51,701 nt of DNA from assembly GCA_017853605.1 (NCBI GenBank), contig JAFMJG010000002.1, positions 1 to 51,701 on the forward strand, written 5' to 3'. The stretch is from a bacterium (lineage in GTDB: Bacteria > Bdellovibrionota_C > UBA2361 > OMII01). Position 1 is the first letter of the stretch; each line of letters opens with the position of its first letter. Shown one piece after another: positions 42,301 through 50,068 of the stretch. The notes under the pieces are model-generated. The model searched no databases, was not told where the DNA came from, and worked only from the letters and a program-made list of their open reading frames with translations. The translations under genes were made by a program, and so were the position numbers.

Positions 42301-42391
42301 TGGCGGAGAGAGGGGGATTCGAACCCCCGATAGGGGATAAGCCTATACACGCTTTCCAAGCGTGCGCCTTCAGCCACTCGGCCATCTCTCC
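42301..42391 (-). tRNA. tRNA-Ser (anticodon GGA), CCA encoded
   Basis: Reverse complement is GGAGAGATGGCCGAGTGG...CACGC-TTGGAAA-GCGTG...long variable arm...GGGGGTTCGAATCCCCCTCTCTCCGCCA. Cloverleaf folds by hand. Confidence 0.93.
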
Positions 42392-42453
42392 AAAAGGTCT
42401 CGCCCGCGTGCCGCCACTTCATTCAGCGCTCCAGATCGGCACGCTCAATGAAG

Positions 42454-42545
42454 TGGCGGAAGGGAAGGGATTCGAACCCCCGATACCGTTTCCGGTATTC
42501 CGGTTTTCAAGACCGGCGCCATCAACCACTCGGCCACCCTTCCGC
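42454..42545 (-). tRNA. tRNA-Ser (anticodon TGA), CCA encoded
   Basis: Reverse complement is GCGGAAGGGTGGCCGAGTGG...CCGGT-CTTGAAA-ACCGG...variable arm ATACCGGAAACGGTATC...GGGGGTTCGAATCCCTTCCCTTCCGCCA. Confidence 0.93.
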
Positions 42546-42661
42546 GAGAGGCGACAGGGTATCGTAAATCTTCAATAATAAGCAACGGTTTAGGGGTCTA
42601 AGGCCGGCGGCCTGGGGTTGCCTTGAAAAATCTCACGGATTTGATACCTTGCCGCCTTCGC

Positions 42662-42738
42662 GCGCTCTTAGCTCAGCTGGATAGAGCATCTGACTACGAA
42701 TCAGAAGGTCGGTGGTTCGAATCCTCCAGAGCGCGCCA
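42662..42738 (+). tRNA. tRNA-Arg (anticodon ACG), CCA encoded
   Basis: GCGCTCTTAGCTCAGCTGGATAGAGCA-TCTGA-CTACGAA-TCAGA-AGGTC-GGTGG-TTCGAAT-CCTCC-AGAGCGC-G-CCA. The T-stem has a central T:T mismatch. Confidence 0.9.
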
Positions 42739-42780
42739 GTTTTAAGCACTTTGTTTCGTTCCGTTCGTTGTTCCCCCTGC

Positions 42781-42871
42781 GGAGAGTTGGCCGAGTGGCT
42801 GAAGGCGGCGGTTTGCTAAACCGTTATACGGCCCAAAAGCTGTATCGGGGGTTCGAATCCCCCACTCTCCG
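42781..42871 (+). tRNA. tRNA-Ser (anticodon GCT), CCA not encoded
   Basis: GGAGAGTTGGCCGAGTGG...GCGGT-TTGCTAA-ACCGT...long variable arm...GGGGGTTCGAATCCCCCACTCTCCG. Confidence 0.92.
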
Positions 42872-43022
42872 GAACCCCCTCCACTTAAGGCGCGGAGCCC
42901 CTCCTGTGGCGAACTTGCCCTTCGCAACGCCTCGCCATCTGCATCGCCGTCAACGGGACGCCGTGGCCTGCAGGCCTTCCCCCATGAAACCCGCTGCGTA
43001 AGGGCGCCTCGAGCGGGCTGCC

Positions 43023-43340
43023 TTAGTTGACGAAGATTGAAGCGCCGCGGTCATCCACCACGTCCTCGTAGTGCAGCGGCCGCTTCGACTCAAGCTCGCC
43101 TCGCAGGCGCTTCACCTGCTCGAACACCTCTTGAAGGTTGTCGGTGTAGGAAAACACGAGCACAAGAAAGAAGTCGTTGAGAGTGGCTCCGATCTCATCG
43201 AGAGCCCGCAACAGCTCATCGACCCGCTCGGGACCGTTTACGCTGTCGCACTGCGCGAGCCACGAGAGCGCGGATTTCGTCGCTCCGCTGCAAACCTTGT
43301 CCCTAAGCCTAGTTCTCTGCCTCATACCATTTGCCCCCAA
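43023..43340 (-). CDS. Hypothetical small protein
   Basis: 105-aa ORF. The C-terminal two-thirds look protein-like (...ERVDELLRALDEIGATLNDFFLVLVFSYTDNLQEVFEQVKRLRGELE...). No recognisable family. Confidence 0.35.
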   Translation of the reverse strand: MGANGMRQRTRLRDKVCSGATKSALSWLAQCDSVNGPERVDELLRALDEIGATLNDFFLVLVFSYTDNLQEVFEQVKRLRGELESKRPLHYEDVVDDRGASIFVN

Positions 43341-43587
43341 CAGCTGAGATTACCGAGACCCTCTACCCCTATTATGCGCCGCGCCGATGGGAGTGTTGCG
43401 TCCGCAACGGCGCAAAAGCCGGCCCAGTCGAAAGCTGTTCGTTTATGGCTGGAACGCGCTCGGGGCATCCGCGCGCCCTGCAGTATCGCTTAGGAAGCGC
43501 AACAACTTCTGCTACACTTGCGCCGGCCGCTGCTGCGGATGGTGTCTAACCACCTCAGCCATACTGGCACACACCGGAGAGCTCGCT

Positions 43588-44517
43588 ATGGCACATGAGC
43601 GCGATACGCCCCTGGCACTCACGATCGGAGAGATCCTGTGGGACCTCCTCCCCTCCGGCAAGCTGCTGGGCGGCGCGCCAGCCAACTGCTGCTTCAGGCT
43701 CCGCCAGCTTGGCGTAAACGCCAAAATGGTGAGCCGAATCGGCTCTGACCCGCTAGGAGCGGAGATCGCCGGAGCGCTCGCGTCTAAAGGTTTTGACCTC
43801 TCGCTGGTGCAGCGTGACCCGAGCCTGCCTACCGGCACCGTCGTGGTGCAGCTCGGCAGCGACGGCAGCCCGGAATTCAACATCGTCAAGGGCGTTGCCT
43901 ACGACGCCCTTGAAGCGGCTCCTGATGCCCTCGAGGCAGCAGCGCGCGCCGCCGTTATCTGCTTTGGCACCCTCGCGCAGCGCTCCCCCGCCTCGCGCGC
44001 GACTATCTGCCGCCTGCTCGACTCAAGCCCCCGGGCCGTGCGCTTCCTCGACATCAACCTGCGCAAGGATTGCTACTCGGCTGAGACCGTGGCGAGCTCC
44101 CTGGAGCGGGCCACGATCATCAAGCTGAACTCAGGCGAGGTTGCAGAGGTTGCCCGCCTTCTCGGGCTCACTGCCCAAGGGGAGCGTGAGCGCGTGCTCG
44201 AGTTGATGCTGCGTTTCGGCACCGACACAGTGCTCGTTACGCGCGGCGATCGCGGAGTCTTCGCCGTGGGCAAGGGGGGCGAGGAGGTCGACCTCCCCGG
44301 CATTCAGGTCAAGGTCGTTGACACCATAGGATCGGGCGACGCATGCTCGGCGGGCTTCATCGCGAAGCTGCTCGAGGGGGCTCCGCTCAGGGAGTGCGCC
44401 CACTTCGGAAACATTATGGGCGCCCTCAACGCAACCCGCGCCGGGGGAATGCCGGATCTGTCGCTCGAGGAGGTCAAGGAATTTGCCTCCCGCCACCCCC
44501 TGCCCCCCGCGCCATGA
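43588..44517 (+). CDS. PfkB-family carbohydrate kinase (fructokinase/ribokinase-like)
   Basis: Start at ATG 43588 with GGAGA upstream. ...IGEILWDLLP...LGGAPANCC... N-terminal motif and ...VVDTIGSGDACSAGFI... (DTxGAGD-type) C-terminal motif. Confidence 0.85.
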   Translation: MAHERDTPLALTIGEILWDLLPSGKLLGGAPANCCFRLRQLGVNAKMVSRIGSDPLGAEIAGALASKGFDLSLVQRDPSLPTGTVVVQLGSDGSPEFNIVKGVAYDALEAAPDALEAAARAAVICFGTLAQRSPASRATICRLLDSSPRAVRFLDINLRKDCYSAETVASSLERATIIKLNSGEVAEVARLLGLTAQGERERVLELMLRFGTDTVLVTRGDRGVFAVGKGGEEVDLPGIQVKVVDTIGSGDACSAGFIAKLLEGAPLRECAHFGNIMGALNATRAGGMPDLSLEEVKEFASRHPLPPAP

Positions 44518-44572
44518 TTCGAGCTCCGGCTTTCGCATCGACCGAGCTCCTCAGTTGCGGTATGACAGGCGC

Positions 44573-45049
44573 ATGAGCACCCTAGTCACGCCAGAGCTCC
44601 TCGATAGCCTTATGGACGAGGCTATCGTTGAGGCAAGAAAGGCCGGCGGCGCCGGCGAGGTTCCAGTTGGCGCAGTCATTTGGAGCGGCGGGGAGATCGT
44701 TGGGCGGGGCTTTAACACCGTTGAGCGGGACGCTCACGTCATCGCGCACGCCGAGGTGCACGCGATCACCGCGGCCTCCAGGAAGCTCGGCGGGTGGCGG
44801 CTTCAGGACGCAATCCTGTGCGCGACGCTTGAGCCGTGCACGATGTGTCTCGGGGCGATCCGCCTCGCGCGCATCCCAACGGTGGTCTTCGGGGCAGGAG
44901 ACTCGCGCCAAGGCGCCGTCGGATCGCTGTACGACCTCAGCGCTGATGAGCGCCTTGGGCCCCCTCCGCGCGTGATCCGAAACGTGCGCAGAGGGGAGTG
45001 CGAGAGGCTCCTCAAGGAGTTCTTTCAGGGGATGCGGGGCGGGACGTAG
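44573..45049 (+). CDS. tadA: tRNA-specific adenosine deaminase TadA
   Basis: Start at ATG 44573. ...VPVGAVIW...HAEVHAI...LEPCTMCLGAI... (H-A-E and PCxxC zinc ligands). Confidence 0.9.
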   Translation: MSTLVTPELLDSLMDEAIVEARKAGGAGEVPVGAVIWSGGEIVGRGFNTVERDAHVIAHAEVHAITAASRKLGGWRLQDAILCATLEPCTMCLGAIRLARIPTVVFGAGDSRQGAVGSLYDLSADERLGPPPRVIRNVRRGECERLLKEFFQGMRGGT

Positions 45050-45088
45050 GATGCTGTGCGGAGCTGCAAGGAGCTGCGGAGCCAGGCG

Positions 45089-45706
45089 ATGCGGCTGATA
45101 CGCCACCTCCTTTGCCGCAGGGCCCTAGGGCCATCACCCACGCTTGAGCCTCCTGGGCTGGCGCGCTTTGCCCAAGCAGCCGCTGCAGCTGCGTGCTATC
45201 TAGAGTACGGCTGCGGGGGGAGCACTGTGTACGCGCACGACGTGGCTCGGGTTCCCTCAATTATTTCTGTTGACTCCGACCGCCACTGGATAGGGCTCGT
45301 CCAGAGCTCCCTCAGTGAAGGTGGCGGACAGGCATTCCTTGAGCACTGCGATATCGGCCGGGTGGGCCGCTGGGGCCTGCCCACATCTCACGCGGGGATT
45401 AGCCGCTACTGGCGCTACATGGCCACCCCATGGGACGCGGCGAAGCGGCACGGGCTCGTGCCTGACACTATCCTGATAGACGGCCGCTTCCGTGTCGCCT
45501 CGTTCCTGTACTCGCTCGTCTCGGCCAGAGAGGGCGCAGTCATCCTCTTTGATGACTACCATAACCGGCCGCACTACGCGGCCATTGAGCGATTTTCGAA
45601 GCCAATAGAGTCACACGGCAGGATGGCGGTTTTTTCGGCAGCTAAGGGGTTTTCCGTTGACGAGATCTCGCGAGCAATCGCCGAGTTCTCTGTCGACCCT
45701 CGCTAG
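45089..45706 (+). CDS. Class I SAM-methyltransferase-like protein (hypothetical)
   Basis: ...CYLEYGCGGSTVYA... Gly-rich loop and ...ILIDGRFRVASF... resemble a Rossmann methyltransferase. ATG 45089 (GGAG upstream) preferred over tracked GTG 45056. Confidence 0.5.
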   Translation: MRLIRHLLCRRALGPSPTLEPPGLARFAQAAAAAACYLEYGCGGSTVYAHDVARVPSIISVDSDRHWIGLVQSSLSEGGGQAFLEHCDIGRVGRWGLPTSHAGISRYWRYMATPWDAAKRHGLVPDTILIDGRFRVASFLYSLVSAREGAVILFDDYHNRPHYAAIERFSKPIESHGRMAVFSAAKGFSVDEISRAIAEFSVDPR

Positions 45707-45742
45707 CGCGCTGCGCGAGGCGCCCCAAAAATAGAAGGGGAA

Positions 45743-45829
45743 CGGAGAGGAAGGGATTCGAACCCCCGATACCGTTTCCGGTATACCTGATTTCGAATCA
45801 GGCGCCTTCAGCCACTCGGCCACCTCTCC
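45743..45829 (-). tRNA. tRNA-Ser (anticodon CGA), CCA not encoded
   Basis: Reverse complement is GGAGAGGTGGCCGAGTGG...CCTGA-TTCGAAA-TCAGG...variable arm ATACCGGAAACGGTATC...GGGGGTTCGAATCCCTTCCTCTCCG. Confidence 0.92.
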
Positions 45830-46233
45830 AGAGGGTGCGCATGTTGCGCGCATGTGGCGCTGCCCCCTTGTGCCGGGAAACAGGCCTCAAGATCGGGCAA
45901 CAACGACGGCGAGAAGGTAACTGGGGACCCCCTGCATGTCAACGTTGCCACCAATCATGTCACCTTTCCTCAGGGAGTTAGGCAAGCTTTGCGCCTGTCT
46001 CGACTCGCCTATTCATTTCAGCTCTCTGCGGGTTGCGCGGGGTCCACATGGGATTACAGCGCTTCTCCCCGAATCGCCGCCAAATAACAAGGATGCGAGT
46101 GGCCTCTCGCCGTGCGATTATCTTGGCCTCAGGCAAATAGCTGCCGAGGCGGGAACCGTTATGCGCATGTGTCTGTTCATTGCTGCTGATGTTGTCGTTG
46201 TCACTATCGCACGGGGAGCCGGGGAGTAGCGGC

Positions 46234-46710
46234 ATGCCAGGCGCGCTAGAGATAGTCGTCCGCCGTGCCGTGCCAGCAGACAACGCGGTTGCTGCGTCCC
46301 TCGTTTTTTCGATCCTGCGCTCGTATGGCATCGAGCCGGACGTGCACGGGCTGGATGCCGACATTGCGCAGCTTGGCCTGCATGATGAGCCGCAAAAGAT
46401 CACCTACGTGGCGGAGCATGCGGGACGGGTGGCAGGAGTCGCCACCCTGGACGTGAGTGATGCGGAGGTGGCTTTCCTCTCTGGCCTCTATGTTGACCCG
46501 AGCGTCCGCCGGCTTGGGATAGGGCGAAAGCTCCTCAGCGCTGCGGCTGAAGCCGCTCGGGCGCTGGGCCGCCGAGCGATACGGCTTGAGACCCGAGAGC
46601 GATTCGCGGAGGCGATACGGCTCTACGAGAGCGCTGGGTGGGTGCGGGGTGACGATCTTCCTGCAGGCTATGGGCCTGAGCGGACGTACATGCTCGACTT
46701 GACGAGATAG
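46234..46710 (+). CDS. GNAT-family N-acetyltransferase
   Basis: Start at ATG 46234. ...LSGLYVDPSVRRLGIGRKLLSAA... acetyl-CoA-binding motif A, then ...AIRLYESAGW.... Confidence 0.8.
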   Translation: MPGALEIVVRRAVPADNAVAASLVFSILRSYGIEPDVHGLDADIAQLGLHDEPQKITYVAEHAGRVAGVATLDVSDAEVAFLSGLYVDPSVRRLGIGRKLLSAAAEAARALGRRAIRLETRERFAEAIRLYESAGWVRGDDLPAGYGPERTYMLDLTR

Positions 46711-46835
46711 TGCTGCGTGTTGTGCCTCGCATGAGGGCGGCCAGGCCATGCCCTCACCGGCCATCTGCCGAAGAGGCTCTCGTGCGCCTCTCTCTTGCTT
46801 CCCCATGGTGGGGTCAGCCGGCATTGCCAGCAGGC

Positions 46836-47144
46836 TCATGCCACGGGCCGCGCATGCATGGTTTTGAGAAACATTTGGGGGCTCCGCCAGCCTGGGAACC
46901 TCGGGTCCACCGGGCTGAGCGGAATGAGATCCTCCGGCTCGACGGGCCGTGGCGGAGGCACGCAGCGGTTGTCGCCATCACAGACAGACTTTAGCCGGTT
47001 GTAATTCCTGCTCATGATGGCGCAAGTAATCGCCTCTTTTGTCGTCGCCATCGTGAGGTCTGCAACCTCTGAAAACTCATTGCAGAGCAGCTCGCGCTTG
47101 CATGCCGGAGAAACCTTAAACTCCCCCGATTGTGGTCGGCCCAC
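46836..47144 (-). CDS. Possible small Cys-containing hypothetical protein
   Basis: 102-aa ORF in an otherwise unassigned 600-nt gap. No family recognised. Could be non-coding. Confidence 0.25.
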   Translation of the reverse strand: MGRPQSGEFKVSPACKRELLCNEFSEVADLTMATTKEAITCAIMSRNYNRLKSVCDGDNRCVPPPRPVEPEDLIPLSPVDPRFPGWRSPQMFLKTMHARPVA

Positions 47145-47309
47145 AGCGATCGAAGCTCAATCCAGGAATCAACTCGCATCCAAGCGCCGGCTCTAGCTCG
47201 CCCTTTTTTTGGCCGAACTGGGCGCAGCTTTCATTCTTAATCTCAAGTGCCTGGCCGACCAAGTTGCATGCCACTGGGCAAACCCGTGGCCTGCGCGGCA
47301 ATCCTGGCG

Positions 47310-47828
47310 CTAGTACTGAATAATCGACGCCGTACGCCGGTCGCCGAGCCGCGACCGCCCCTCAAGCCCCAAGAGCTCAATGAGAAAGACAAACCCTGCG
47401 ACATGGCCGCCGACCCTTGTGACGAGATCGGCCGTCGCTGCCGCTGTGCCTCCGGTAGCAAGGACATCATCGACAATAACCACCTGCGAGCCAGCCGCGA
47501 TCATGCCGCGCTTGAGCTCAAGGGTGTCGGTGCCGTACTCTAGGCCGTAGCTCACCTGCTCACGATCACCGGGGAGCTTGCCGGGCTTGCGCACGAGCAC
47601 TAAGGGGAGCTTAAGCCTCATCGCTACCGGAGCCCCGAAGATGAAGCCGCGTGACTCGATGGCCACAACCGCCCCTGCCCCACAGCCCTTAACGGCGTCG
47701 GACATGGCAGAGACGGCGAACGAGAAGGCCTCTGGCGATGCCAGGAGGGGCGAGATGTCGCGAAAGATGATCCCCTCCTTCGGGAAGTTGGGAACGTCAG
47801 CGATGTGGCTCTTGAGGTTGAGCGTCAT
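47310..47828 (-). CDS. apt: Adenine phosphoribosyltransferase
   Basis: Start at ATG 47828 (MTLNLKSHIADVPNFPKEGIIFRDISPLL...). PRPP motif ...VVIVDDVLATGGTA.... Confidence 0.93.
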   Translation of the reverse strand: MTLNLKSHIADVPNFPKEGIIFRDISPLLASPEAFSFAVSAMSDAVKGCGAGAVVAIESRGFIFGAPVAMRLKLPLVLVRKPGKLPGDREQVSYGLEYGTDTLELKRGMIAAGSQVVIVDDVLATGGTAAATADLVTRVGGHVAGFVFLIELLGLEGRSRLGDRRTASIIQY

Positions 47829-47884
47829 GGCAGACACATACCGCGAGGAGCGGCGCCAGCCAAGGCGATAGTTGGCAGCGGCCC

Positions 47885-48772
47885 CTAGCCGTCTCCCCAC
47901 AGGAGGAGCTGCATGTCGACGATCGAGCCGATCACCGAGCCAAAGCTCCGCGGCACCTTCGGATCTGGGTCGAGAAGCTCTGCGAGCGATTTCTCTTCGA
48001 CGGCCCTGCACGGCCGCCCAACTTTTCTGGGCGGGAGGGGCTCAGTATCGAGCTCGCCTACCCAGGCCTTGATGAAGGGAAGGGTCTTGGCGTCGAAGGG
48101 GCCCGCGACCCCAACCGGGTTTACGATAGTATCAACCACCTGCCCGAATTCGTTCACGTACTCCGGGGTGGCACCGGGGAGGAGAAAAATAAAGGGCCTC
48201 CCCCCATCCGCTGACTCTTGGAACGCCTTGCGAATGTCGGCTATCTGGTTGAGAGCCGGAACCGAGGTGTCGAGGCTATGCACATCGTTGACGCGCAGCC
48301 GCTTGTCGGCGTTGGCGGGGTCGAACGAGTGAGCATTCACCCACTTTTGGGCGCCCATATTTCGTGCAACATCGAAGTCGGGGTCGGGGGGCACTAGCGT
48401 AAACGCGTAGCTCTGCTCGATCGCCCGCGGAAGGGTGCGGCGCAGCTCCCCTAGGGCAGTGGTGTGCGCGTTGCGAAGAAAGGTGTAGATGCGCAGCTGC
48501 TCCGCTTTTATGGCGTCCGGCAGGGGGCCAATTGTCGTCGGTGCTGGGAAGTCTACCCTAATCATCTTCGTTGGATCCCTCTGCAGCTCACTGAGAATGG
48601 CGGGAACCTGGAGCCACGAGCTGACCTGAACACACGAGGCGTATACGCCGGGGGCTTTGGTAGAGCCGCTGCACCAGCCATTAGTTTTCGAGAAGAGCCT
48701 CCTCCAACCCTCAACCTGCTGCGTGTCCGTAGGTGGTGGGGGCGAAATAAAGTTTCGTAAGCTCTGGAACAT
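47885..48772 (-). CDS. Hypothetical 295-aa protein between mtnN and apt
   Basis: Uninterrupted ORF with protein-like composition. No motif I recognise. Visibly less GC-rich than its neighbours. Confidence 0.6.
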   Translation of the reverse strand: MFQSLRNFISPPPPTDTQQVEGWRRLFSKTNGWCSGSTKAPGVYASCVQVSSWLQVPAILSELQRDPTKMIRVDFPAPTTIGPLPDAIKAEQLRIYTFLRNAHTTALGELRRTLPRAIEQSYAFTLVPPDPDFDVARNMGAQKWVNAHSFDPANADKRLRVNDVHSLDTSVPALNQIADIRKAFQESADGGRPFIFLLPGATPEYVNEFGQVVDTIVNPVGVAGPFDAKTLPFIKAWVGELDTEPLPPRKVGRPCRAVEEKSLAELLDPDPKVPRSFGSVIGSIVDMQLLLWGDG

Positions 48773-48846
48773 CCCAACGCTCCTTCAGCAAAGCCGCCTG
48801 GCGCACCATTCTTCGTTGTGATGAGCGCTCAGGTCCCTGGCACAAA

Positions 48847-48876
48847 ATTATATCGACAGGGCCTGAGCAAAGCTAA
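48847..48876 (-). promoter_or_regulatory. Candidate sigma-70 promoter for the 47885..48772 gene
   Basis: Minus strand reads TTAGCT (48876-48871), an 18-nt spacer, then a perfect TATAAT (48852-48847), about 75 nt upstream of the ATG. A perfect -10 box is conspicuous in this GC-rich DNA. Confidence 0.35.
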
Positions 48877-48997
48877 TCAGATGGCTGCACTTTAGGGAAC
48901 AAAGGGTTCAGAAGCCCCCTAAGGTGTCGGTTTTAGTTCGAGTTTGCTCACTTGAGCTTGAACCGGGGGGGCGAACAAGCACCCTAAGCCAGCGAGG

Positions 48998-49756
48998 TCA
49001 GGGGAGTCGAGCCAGAAACTCTGCAACGAAGCGCTCTGAGCCGAAGGCAGCAGCACGCTCGATGAAGGCCTGGAAGTCCACCACGGCGCCAGATCCGGCG
49101 CTGTCCGAAATAATTCGGCACACCGCCAGTGGCACCCCATGCTCTGCGCACACCTGGGCAACGGCGGCGCCCTCCATCTCGACGCACATCAGGCGGGGAA
49201 TGAGGCGCCGCAGCTCATCACGCTCGGTGCTCTCATTGATAAAACGGTCTCCGCTTGCAACCACGCCGCAGTGGGCCTTGGGTGCCCTCTGCGCGAGCCC
49301 CGCTACCGCCCGCGCGTAGTCGTCACTCCGCACGAGTGCATGAGCAGCCTCAGCCGCAATCTTGAGCAGCTCGCTTGAGGCTGGGATAGCTGAGAGCCCA
49401 AGAAGCGGAATGTCAAAGCGCTGGCAGCCCATCACCCCCTTGAGGTCGATGTCGTGCTGAATGAGGGTGTCCGCAACGACGATGTCACCAATACCTGCCT
49501 CCGGCGCGATCCCGCCGGCTACCCCCGTCATGAGCAGCGCATCAACGCCGAAGGACTGCACAAGGGTCGTCGCCGTAGACGCAGCGGCAACTTTTCCGAC
49601 GCGGGAGCACACCAGCACGATCTCACGTCCGCCGACCGAGGCGGCCAGGAAGTCGCGCGGCCCGATTGAGCGCACCGGAGCGGCGTGAAAGCGCTCCTTA
49701 AGAAGCGCGAACTCCTCAGGCATCGCTGCCACTATGCCGATCTTTTTTGCTGCCAC
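48998..49756 (-). CDS. mtnN: 5'-methylthioadenosine/S-adenosylhomocysteine nucleosidase
   Basis: ...KIGIVAAMPEE...GKVAAASTATTLV..F.VDALLMTGVAGG...VEMEGAAVAQVC...PLAVCRIISD... Confidence 0.88.
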   Translation of the reverse strand: MAAKKIGIVAAMPEEFALLKERFHAAPVRSIGPRDFLAASVGGREIVLVCSRVGKVAAASTATTLVQSFGVDALLMTGVAGGIAPEAGIGDIVVADTLIQHDIDLKGVMGCQRFDIPLLGLSAIPASSELLKIAAEAAHALVRSDDYARAVAGLAQRAPKAHCGVVASGDRFINESTERDELRRLIPRLMCVEMEGAAVAQVCAEHGVPLAVCRIISDSAGSGAVVDFQAFIERAAAFGSERFVAEFLARLP

Positions 49757-50068
49757 CTGCCCTCCGTTGGCACCACACTAACGCCCCAGCCATTGTGCGC
49801 CACCGGGGCGCGCTTAGCCACGGGCGCTCTTGGCTTGGCCCCTGTCCGCTGCCCGCTCTAAGGCGTGCTCGGCTGTGCCGCAGATCCTTAGTGAGGATGG
49901 GCGGTTACCAAATGAGGCACAGCTGCAAACCCGCGTCCCGCGCTGTGCATGGAGGCCCTCGCTGCCGGCAGCTCGCCCGCTAGCTGCTCGCGCCCCCTTG
50001 GGACCCAGTTTTGCTCACTCAACATCTTGCGCCCACGGGTTGGCTCTAGTTGGATCTACCGACTGCGT

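Noticed and set aside
45936-46229. 97-aa plus-strand ORF between tRNA-Ser(CGA) and the GNAT gene
   Set aside because: No RBS and atypical composition. It runs into the GNAT start region, so it is probably intergenic.
48830-48860. TGGCAC-N5 motif on the plus strand (ctggcacaaaattatat) as a sigma-54 promoter
   Set aside because: There is no GC -12 element and no plus-strand gene downstream. The same AT-rich patch reads better as a minus-strand sigma-70 -10 box.
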